A DNA stretch of 28,480 nt from Trichinella spiralis (lineage: Eukaryota), in NCBI RefSeq assembly GCF_000181795.1, contig NW_003526941.1, positions 2,702,661 to 2,731,140 of the forward strand. The letters run 5' to 3'. This document shows, one piece after another, positions 12,655 through 21,519 of the stretch; positions within the stretch are counted from its first letter, which is position 1; each line of letters starts with the position of its first letter. The position numbers were made by a program, and so were the translations under genes. The notes beneath the pieces were generated by a model. That model did not search any database. It was not told the DNA's origin and saw only the letters and a program-made list of their open reading frames with translations.

Positions 12655-15600
12655 GATAGATAAGGGTAGAGAAGTGCCCGCCTGCACTGGTTGGTACTGA
12701 ATCAATTGATGCATGTGTTGGCTTTCTCACACGCCCACAGAACAACAAACAGAATTCCGTTCCATCGGTTCACTTTTTATTTTATTATTTTCGTCCAGCG
12801 TGCCGTGAAGCATGAAAAAGAACGAAATTTGAATTTTGGTAAAAAATTTAAACTGTTTTCAAAAAATGAGAAGATCGAAAAAGAAACTTATTTCAATTTT
12901 CAATCAAGCGAATCTGAGATGAAACGCTGAATTGTTGTTGTTGTTGTAAACACTTATTATTTTAGATACATTGAAAGCGGATAATTTAGTGTGAGAAAAA
13001 AACCGTGGGAAAATCCCTTTTTGGAACGCCTTTTGAAAAATAAATAGGAGTTTTCATTTAATGAAAAATTTTGTTTTTGTCTGTCTTTCTTTTTTTTCTT
13101 TGGTGTTTGCCGTGGGTGGAATTTTTGTAAAATTGTATTTGTTATTTGATTCATGTGAATAAATTGCCCAATGGAATGGGGACACGAGGACAATTTTGCA
13201 AAATTTCCATTTTCCAAGACTGTTTATTACGTTATTTTTAAAAGTATTGTTTTTTTTGAAGACGTTCAAAAAGCGTATCGAACAAGAAAATTCCAACGGT
13301 CGGCTCATACCGGTTCAGAAGAGCAGAGCTCTGTTTGCCAATTTGGAATCTATTTACGCTTTTCACAAGCAGCATTTTTTACCGCAACTGCAAAATCGCC
13401 TGCGAGAATGGTGAATTGGAATCTGTCGTTGGTGGTGTTGTTTGATATGGTGAATTAAAATTGAAAAAAAAAATTTTTTTTCCAGGCCCAGAGAGCAAAA
13501 AATCAGCGATGTTGTATGCCAGCAGGCACCGTTTTTGAAAATGTACAGCGAATACATCAACAATTACAAGCGGGCGACGAAAGTGTTCGAAGAGTTGTAC
13601 AAAAAGGGAGGCAAATTTGCACAAATAGTCGATGAAGTGGAGGTGATTTTTCATTGTTAATATCGTATTTTTATTCATTTAGTTTATTGCGTTATTTTTT
13701 AATTTAAAGAATGTAAAGAATGAGAATGTGTTTTTTAGCGTATGCCTGAGTGCGAGAATTTGTCTTTGGTTAGTCACATTATAGGCCCCGTACAGCGAGT
13801 GATGCGGTATCATCTTCTTATGCAAGGTAACAAACATTCTGCAGAGTTATCTGTTTTCTGTTCTTATTTTATTCTAATTTATGAAATTTGATAATAATTT
13901 ATTTTTTGTATGGGAATGTTTTTATTTGATGAACAAGTTGCAGTTCTCTTAATGCAAAACTGTGACATACGTAAAAACACGCTAGTTGGGTTGATCAGCG
14001 ATACACATCACAGTGATTGAATGTGAACGTATATTGGAGTTAAATTTTTTAATAAAAATTGTGATTATTGTTATCTTGTGTCAGTGATTTGATTCATTTT
14101 TCAAAATTTATTCTACAACATTGCCTGATTTTTACGACTTTTGAATGAATTGTGAATTTTATTTTTTGCATAATGAGATTCTGTTTCAGAATATCTGAAG
14201 CATTTACCGGAAAATCATTGCGACCGACAAGATACCGAAAGTATACGTTTTATTTTTTTTTTACTAATTTTGCATAATAAGCTGGCGGATTGTAATTTGC
14301 AGAAGCGCTTGAGTTGGTAAAGAGTGCAGCAAGTCACGCTAACGAGATCATGCGCAAATTGGTATGCGTGCGGAGAGAGATAGACGATGGATAGAGATAT
14401 AATTAATATGCGCACTGATGCGCTGTTCTGTGTGTGTGCAACAGTGTTTCAGAAATAAAATTCAGCATTCTTTTTAGGACAAATATAAAGATCTGGTAGA
14501 GTTGCAAGAGCAGCTTGGGTGCCAGGTGATTGAATTGGTCAGCCCAAGTCGAGAGTTGATCAAACAGGGTCGACTGTTGAAACTGTCTTCGAAGTCCGAT
14601 GAACAACAGACTCGACACGTTTTTTTGGTCGGATATACACGTTTGAATATTTTTGCTGTTATGTTTTGTTCAACCATTTTTGAACGTTTCATTTTTTTGC
14701 TTTAGTTGAACGATATGCTTTTGGTGTGCTCTGAGCGCAAGGTTCCGATTCACAAGTACAAGCTGCGATCGTTGCTTGAAATTTCCGGCATGACTGTGCT
14801 CGAGGGTGACTACTTGGATATTGAAAACACATTTTACGTGAGAACGAAACGGAAAGTGATCGCCTTTTGCGCTGGTACGTTCAAAGAGAAAGCCGAATGG
14901 ATGGAATCACTCTGGTCTACAATACGAGAGCTAGCTGCTCAGCGTCAGTCGTTCAGAATGTCCGGTCGGGTGCGTGTTGTTGAAAAGTTTTCAATTGCAT
15001 TTTTGACTGTCTACTGTATTTTTTGCAGTTTTGATTTATTTAAATAATTGAGAATTGTTGTTCAATTCAGAAATTCTCCAAACTGGACGACCGCCTGCCG
15101 AGGAAGACGTGTTCATTGTGCACCAGCACTTTTAGCATATTTCGTCGGGAATACACTTGCCAGGCATGTCGAAAGGTAAAGAAAGAATTGAGGCAAACGA
15201 CGGCGAAAAGTATTAATTTTCGCATTAGCGTATTTTGACGCTGTGTTTGTTTTGCGTTCAAAGATTGTCTGCAAGAAATGCTGTTCGACGAATAAAATGC
15301 CGCTTGCACACGAAGTTGGAAAGGAAAAGCGCATATGCAGTGCGTGCTTTGAAGCTCTTCGCGCGGACGACAGTGCAACACAACGCCAACATAGAGATGC
15401 ACAAAACAACAGCAGCACTAGTAGCATGTGGGTAAATATTTTTCCAGCATTTTCTTTCTTCAGTTAAACTGTTTTAAGGGTAAAAAAACAATCCTGTAAT
15501 TCATTATTTTTGTATTTATATGTGAGAATGTATTATTTATGGTGTGTTTTCTTGTCTCTTCTGAATGTATCGCGGAGCTTGTTTTTTAGTTGAATTTAAT

Positions 15601-16151
15601 TAATTAATTAATTAATTAATTCATTTATTTATTTATTATCAGCTTGTCCCGGCGAATGATAACATGTTGGAAGGTTATTTGGAAATGCGATCGTTGAAAC
15701 GTCCATGGACCAAATCTTTTTTTCGATTGAAAAATGATTTTCTTTTGTATCGTTATGCGGATGAAAAAGTAATACTAATCGAGTGAAAAAGTGAGACAGC
15801 AGCTTTTCAGCCCGTTTATTCAGGATAAAGCGCCTGTGGCGTCAATGCCTCTGCCTGGGATCAAAGTCAGTCTGTTAGACTCGAGGCAAGAATCCAATGG
15901 ACTTTCTGAATGGAATCAGTTTGTTGTGGAGCACAAGAACAGGTCCTACGTTTTTCGCTGCGCCACACAGGAAGAGATGGCGAAGTGAGTTGATTCGTTT
16001 TTTCCGCATTGTTCGATTCTGTGATCACGTGTTGATTTCATCGTTAAGGTGGATGGCCGTATTGGATCTCGCTTCTAAAGCTGAAATTCCATCCGGCGAA
16101 AGTCCCATTTGTAAAAATCTCGACCAGGTATTATGCACTAGTGATCAATAA
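9251..16151 (+). CDS. exc-5: FYVE, RhoGEF and PH domain-containing protein (FGD1-4/frabin/EXC-5 family Cdc42 GEF), 13 coding exons, ~859 aa: join(9251..10249,13262..13410,13486..13642,13739..13826,14190..14240,14303..14361,14478..14627,14706..14969,15071..15175,15264..15431,15643..15768,15824..15984,16049..16151)
   Basis: Hand-spliced model gives one uninterrupted frame across 12 GT-AG introns. DH motifs: AQELVDTERRYV, LFANLESIYAFH, APFLKMYSEYINNY, PVQRVMRYHLLMQEYLKHLP, AASHAN. PH1: RELIKQGRLLKLS, RHVFLLNDMLLVC, EKAEWMESL. These are followed by an 8-Cys FYVE finger and PH2 (EGYL...W...LYRY, SMPLPG, KWMAVL). DH-PH-FYVE-PH order defines the FGD family. exc-5 orthology is inferred from similarity to FGD1-4, and the start codon is uncertain. 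Confidence 0.93.
11570..11593. repeat. (TCG)8 microsatellite in intron 1
   Basis: tcgtcgtcg... perfect run. Confidence 0.9.
12613..12662. repeat. (GATA)n microsatellite in intron 1
   Basis: atagatagatag... run. Confidence 0.95.
13262..13410 (+). CDS. exc-5: Exon 2 (DH domain)
   Basis: ttttgaag|ACG; TFKKRIEQENSNGRLIPVQKSRALFANLESIYAFHKQHFLPQLQNRLRE(W); TG|gtgaat, phase 2. Confidence 0.92.
13486..13642 (+). CDS. exc-5: Exon 3 (DH domain)
   Basis: tttccag|G; PREQKISDVVCQQAPFLKMYSEYINNYKRATKVFEELYKKGGKFAQIVDEVE; GAG|gtgatt, phase 0. Confidence 0.93.
13739..13826 (+). CDS. exc-5: Exon 4 (DH conserved region 3)
   Basis: ttttttag|CGT; RMPECENLSLVSHIIGPVQRVMRYHLLMQ; G|gtaaca, phase 1. Confidence 0.93.
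14190..14240 (+). CDS. exc-5: Exon 5 (DH domain)
   Basis: gtttcag|AA; (E)YLKHLPENHCDRQDTE; A|gtatac, phase 1. Confidence 0.9.
14303..14361 (+). CDS. exc-5: Exon 6 (end of DH domain)
   Basis: tttgcag|AA; (K)ALELVKSAASHANEIMRKL; TTG|gtatgc, phase 0. Confidence 0.9.
14478..14627 (+). CDS. exc-5: Exon 7 (DH-PH linker and start of PH1)
   Basis: tttttag|GAC; DKYKDLVELQEQLGCQVIELVSPSRELIKQGRLLKLSSKSDEQQTRHVFL; TTG|gtcgga, phase 0. Confidence 0.91.
14706..14969 (+). CDS. exc-5: Exon 8 (PH1)
   Basis: ctttag|TTG; LNDMLLVCSERK...NTFYVRTKRKVIAFCAGTFKEKAEWMESLWSTIRELAAQRQSFRMSGR; CGG|gtgcgt, phase 0. Confidence 0.9.
15071..15175 (+). CDS. exc-5: Exon 9 (FYVE N-half)
   Basis: aattcag|AAA; KFSKLDDRLPRKTCSLCTSTFSIFRREYTCQACRK; AAG|gtaaag, phase 0. 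Confidence 0.9.
15264..15431 (+). CDS. exc-5: Exon 10 (FYVE C-half and linker)
   Basis: ttcaaag|ATT; IVCKKCCSTNKMPLAHEVGKEKRICSACFEALRADD...SSMW; TGG|gtaaat, phase 0. Confidence 0.88.
15597..15637. repeat. (TAAT)n/(TTTA)n repeat at the 3' end of intron 10
   Basis: taattaattaattaattaattaattcatttatttattta directly before the acceptor. Confidence 0.8.
15643..15768 (+). CDS. exc-5: Exon 11 (PH2 N-part)
   Basis: ttatcag|CTT; LVPANDNMLEGYLEMRSLKRPWTKSFFRLKNDFLLYRYADEK; AAA|gtaata, phase 0. Confidence 0.9.
15824..15984 (+). CDS. exc-5: Exon 12 (PH2)
   Basis: tattcag|GAT; DKAPVASMPLPGIKVSLL...FVVEHKNRSYVFRCATQEEMA(K); AA|gtgagt, phase 2. Confidence 0.9.
16049..16151 (+). CDS. exc-5: Exon 13 (PH2 C-terminal helix, stop)
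   Basis: cgttaag|G; WMAVLDLASKAEIPSGESPICKNLDQVLCTSDQ*; contains the conserved PH Trp; TAA at 16149..16151. Confidence 0.86.
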
Positions 16152-16152
16152 A
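16147..16152 (+). promoter_or_regulatory. Putative polyadenylation signal AATAAA overlapping the stop codon
   Basis: CAA TAA A gives AATAAA, followed by T-rich sequence at about 16186-16220. Confidence 0.35.
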
Positions 16153-16263
16153 TTATCCCTTTCACAAAGATTAAGTAGTATTAACTGTTTTTCTTTTTTA
16201 TTATCGCTTTTTTGCTTTGTTCGTTGTCATTAATTTCACTCCATGGTGATTACTGTTAAAAGT

Positions 16264-16717
16264 CGTTCGTGACTCTCTCTGACTTAGTCGTTTCTTTGCA
16301 TGCCTAAGGCACTGACATTCCAAATACGAAGGAACTTCTTCTGCACAGCTTTGGCAGAATTAAAATACGTTGAAGGTGTTGGTTTTTTGTCGTATCAAAA
16401 TTCTCTCTTCATTTATAGTTCTCCTACTTTTATTAAGCAAATTGAATTGAAACATTTTGCTACAGCATTTCACCTACTCACGGTAATTTTCACAGAAATA
16501 CCATACATGAAAACGGCTGCAAATTTAAGCATAACACTTACGAAGTGTACGTACATTTAAATTTCAAGCGGTTTGGAATTTTTCTTTCATTTCGCAATCA
16601 CAATACTGAAAGTTTTCATCAAATCTACATGCACATTATATTTCTCCTGTAATTATATGTACGGTATGTAAATAATATGAATACATTCTGAAATATGAAT
16701 ATTAGAATGGCGTTTTC

Positions 16718-16748
<31 letters not shown>

Positions 16749-17608
16749 TGAAAGCTTTTGTTATTTGAATTTGATTTGATTTGTGCTTGCATCGCGGTTA
16801 TTGCAGAGAAGTAAGTAGGCACTTTTTGTGCATTCTGTGAATAAACAAAACAAATCAAAATTGAAATAGATGTATTGTTGTTTTGCTGTTTCACTCCCAA
16901 TTAGATATATCAAAATGAATTTCATATGCAGGACGTTCTACCATTTTGTCGAACAAAATTCACTATAATTAGTGATGCACGTCATTCTGACGAATGACCA
17001 TTTGATGTCAGAACTTTTGACATCGGAACAGAGATTTCTTCGAAAAGCGCACAACTCACAAACCAAAATTCAAATAAGTTATTTATACATTTTTGGCGGA
17101 TAATGCAGAAACTTCAACTGACAATACAATATAAGCATAATGTCCGTTAACTCTTCTCAAAATTTGTGTTCGTTTTGATGGTTGTAAATAGTATGGTAAA
17201 TTTTCCAAATTTTCTCACAACAGTTGTAGGCAGGAAAATCAAAGTGGGCTTACAGTTAGCTAATGTGCAAATGGTGAACATCTGCAGAATGAAAACTTTA
17301 GGCATCCACTTTGCGTTTGTCAAATTTCACCTTATCAAAGATTTTTTGAGCACCTCTCATTACAAATCACAACCATCGTTGTTTTGATGGGAGGAGAGGG
17401 GGAGGAAGAAATTTACGGACTTACAGTTTCGGTTTTCATATCGACACATTATAGTGTGATGCAGAACTTCAAGAAAAACTACACTGAATTTGCGGGAAAA
17501 TGGCCTCGAACATTGGCACAAGCGAATCTCAATACACAGGAGAGCAACCAATTTGAAACCCTGTTAAAACACAAACAAACATGCTTTCACGTTGGTAAAG
17601 GAAGCAAG
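16264..17608 (+). repeat. 1.35 kb direct duplication, copy A (partner 18899..20260)
   Basis: cgttcgtgactctc... at 16264 and 18899 (offset 2635); both copies end ...ggaagcaag. Confidence 0.96.
16718..16746. repeat. (AAT)n microsatellite
   Basis: aataataat... run; one unit longer in copy B (~19353..19384). Confidence 0.92.
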
Positions 17609-18888
17609 AACAAAATTTCCGTGAAGTATTTGTTCAAATTGCACAGTCATGTACAATATTTCATTATCCAGGGGAACTTACTTTACCTTCATTATCGATC
17701 CATTTACAATACATTCAAAACACGTTGTTTCAGTACGGTTTGAAAAGAGCATAACAGCTTGCAATTATTGTCTTCCTGTTACGATATTTCACGCAATCGA
17801 CCTGAAGAAACGAATTTCCTCAGCTATGACTGTCAATATTTATTAATACCTGAGAGTGTACAGTACACCTTCGGTACGTTTGCTATCAACGAAAAAACAA
17901 TCATTTCATTCAATTCCATGCTGTTCACGATCTTAATTACACATTGCGCATCTCAATGATACCAAAATTGTCACTGTTTCATTCTATTTTCGCTTAGTTC
18001 ACCATAATGAAATCAACATTAGGCAAATGAATTTCAAATTTCGTACATTGTCAAAATGATTAATTTCAAATGGTAAAAATGAAATAAATTAATATTTCAT
18101 AAGAAACTAATGCGTCCATGGTTAGTATATAATCTAATCATTCGACATATTTGCATATAAGCTCAGTAAAACAATAGGCGTGCCTCCAGGGAAATCAAAT
18201 GTATTATAAAATAATTTCTCCATTTTCATAAACAACATTGCAAAATGATAATATACAAAAAGCATGCATTATTCTGAATCAATTATTTAATGAGATAACT
18301 GACAAAACTTCTTGTTTATAAACTTGTCATCTATAGAAAGAAAAAATTGAATTCTACATAAAAACGGTAATTCATTCCGTTCATTTCAATTAATTCTTAT
18401 GACTATATTGCCTGCAATCAATGAAATTGCGCAATTAAAATTTTTTAATTTGTATCTTTCTGTATTACACAAATGAATTTCAGGTACAAATGCTATAACA
18501 ATCACGAACATTGCTTGGAGGATATAAGACGTAATTTTTGTATAAATATTCTCAGAATGTAATTATATTCCATATTATCAAGAGAGCGTATTTATTTTCT
18601 TATACCCTGGGTCCCACTAAAGTCACATCATCACTCAACTTTTTTTGTAATATCTCACCGCATACACCATTATACAACGTGCGACCCGGGTTGTAGTGAG
18701 AAATTTATTTTTTTCTTATCAAGTGAGAACATTTTTCTCGACAACTTAAATTTTTCTCGATTTTCAAAAAGCAAGGCTATAGCCTCTGTTGTTTTTTCGA
18801 TATTCTAAAACAGCCTTTTGACACACAAATTCGCTTTTTTTTGGTAATAAGGGTAAATTCCGAAAAAATTAAAAGGTCTGGAAGGTTT

Positions 18889-18898
18889 NNNNNNNNNN
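18889..18898. other. Assembly gap (10 N)
   Basis: N run. Confidence 1.
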
Positions 18899-19352
18899 CG
18901 TTCGTGACTCTCTCTGACTTAGTCGTTTCTTTGCATGCCTAAGGCACTGACATTCCAAATACGAAGGAACTTCTTCTGCACAGCTTTGGCAGAATTAAAA
19001 TACGTTGAAGGTGTTGGTTTTTTGTCGTATCAAAATTCTCTCTTCATTTATAGTTCTCCTACTTTTATTAAGCAAATTGAATTGAAACATTTTGCTACAG
19101 CATTTCACCTACTCACGGTAATTTTCACAGAAATACCATACATGAAAACGGCTGCAAATTTAAGCATAACACTTACGAAGTGTACGTACATTTAAATTTC
19201 AAGCGGTTTGGAATTTTTCTTTCATTTCGCAATCACAATACTGAAAGTTTTCATCAAATCTACATGCACATTATATTTCTCCTGTAATTATATGTACGGT
19301 ATGTAAATAATATGAATACATTCTGAAATATGAATATTAGAATGGCGTTTTC

Positions 19353-19386
<34 letters not shown>

Positions 19387-20260
19387 TGAAAGCTTTTGTT
19401 ATTTGAATTTGATTTGATTTGTGCTTGCATCGCGGTTATTGCAGAGAAGTAAGTAGGCACTTTTTGTGCATTCTGTGAATAAACAAAACAAATCAAAATT
19501 GAAATAGATGTATTGTTGTTTTGCTGTTTCACTCCCAATTAGATATATCAAAATGAATTTTCATATGCAGGACGTTCTACCATTTTGTCGAACAAAATTC
19601 ACTATAATTAGTGATGCACGTCATTCTGACGAATGACCATTTGATGTCAGAACTTTTGACATCGGAACAGAGAATTTCTTTCGAAAAGCGCACAACTCAC
19701 AAACCAAAATTCAAATTAAGTTTATTTATACATTTTTGGCGGATAATGCAGAAACTTTCAACTGACAATTACAATATAAGCATAATGTCCGTTAACTCTT
19801 TTCAAAATTTGTGTTTCGTTTTGGATGGGTGTAAAATAGTATGGTAAATTTTTCCAAATTTTGTCGCGGCCAAAAAAAAGCCAGGAAAATCAAAGTGGGG
19901 CTTACAGTTAGCTAATGTGCAAAATGGTGAACATCTGCAGAATGAAAACTTTAGGCATCCACTTTGCGTTTGTCAAATTTCACCTTATCAAAGATTTTTT
20001 GAGCACCTCTCATTACAAATCACAACCATCGTTGTTTTGATGGGAGGAGAGGGGGAGGAAGAAATTTACGGACTTACAGTTTCGGTTTTCATATCGACAC
20101 ATTATAGTGTGATGCAGAACTTCAAGAAAAACTACACTGAATTTGCGGGAAAATGGCCTCGAACATTGGCACAAGCGAATCTCAATACACAGGAGAGCAA
20201 CCAATTTGAAACCCTGTTAAAACACAAACAAACCTCTTTCACGTTGGTAAAGGAAGCAAG
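18899..20260 (+). repeat. 1.36 kb direct duplication, copy B; a whole small contig between two N gaps
   Basis: Bounded exactly by N10 gaps; differs from copy A mostly by homopolymer-length indels. Confidence 0.95.
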
Positions 20261-20270
20261 NNNNNNNNNN
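20261..20270. other. Assembly gap (10 N)
   Basis: N run. Confidence 1.
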
Positions 20271-20720
20271 CTTGTGCGCATCCCATTTCTCAACGACAAG
20301 CGAGGTAGCTAGCCAGATTTAGAAAGATAAATTTGCCTTCCTGACCGTTTGCGTAGGTTTCATTTCGCACAACTGGATACTTTGTAATTTGCTGCTCATT
20401 TGGTGTCAGCTATTCCAGATTTCGCATGCATTGGTTGCACTTTTGCAGCCTTGAATTGATAAATTGAATTATCTTCTTGTTCAACTTTGTATAAGCAAGA
20501 AAGAGTTCGCCTGGTGGAATAGTTAGTTGATTTGATTAATAGCACTACTAATACTGCTGCACATACGAGTAGCGCTCAAACTGGCTTCATCTTTGCAATT
20601 TGTGCGCTTTTGTTTTCATGTTTGCTTGTGCATCTTTCTCAACAGACTGATACGCAGCAGTGTTAACATGCAGAATGAACAGTACACGATGAGTGAAATT
20701 GAAACAGGACAGGATACTGT

Positions 20721-21486
20721 GTGGATAACATTTGTAATCACTTACAAATGTGCTTCTTTATTATTTTGCACTGTTTACAATATTGTTGTAAAATTAATAA
20801 TAAAAAGTAGCAATTGCACTGCAAAGATTGAAATGTTACTGTTAACAATGTATAGAAGTGGATGAGCAAACCTGCACTGGATGTATCTAGTATTTCCTTC
20901 AGTTTGGATGAATTTCAAAAAAAAATAGCCTGTGATTGACTGTGCAAAACTGCGTTTGTTTGTTGTATAATTTACACATTTTACATTTTGAATGCTGTAA
21001 CTCTTTGTGCCTTGAATTTGTTTCTAGTTTCTAACAGCTTCCACTTTGCATATCCAAAAATTATTGTATTCCCATATTGATATATATATGTATATATATA
21101 TATATTTGTTTATTATATTCCAGTTGAAAAGAAAAACGAATAGAAAAAAAAGGATACGTACGTTAACAATTGCCTGTGATAAGTGGAATGAAAAGGGCAA
21201 AGTATTCACATGATCAACATGATTAACTGCTGATAATTTTAAACATTACTGTGAAAAAGGAAATTTACTCACCTGTTCTGGTAGTGTAAACTGAAGTTTG
21301 GCTTGTTGTACACTAAATGAATGGTTGGAAGTAGGGTGTGGCGGCAAACGTCTTCGCTGAATGGATATTAAAAACGAACTACTTGGAGAATGTTGGAGAT
21401 CGAATGGTGCAAAATGAGCTGGCGGATACGTTGCATTTGCGTGCGCTGCTTTATTCTTTATAGCATCATTATTGGTCTGTTGCGCA

Positions 21487-21519
<33 letters not shown>

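Noticed and set aside
18600..18888. Possible transposon end or hairpin (tctcac...tacaac...gttgta gtgaga)
   Set aside because: Only a short imperfect inverted repeat at a contig end; no partner terminal repeat, target-site duplication or transposase is visible.
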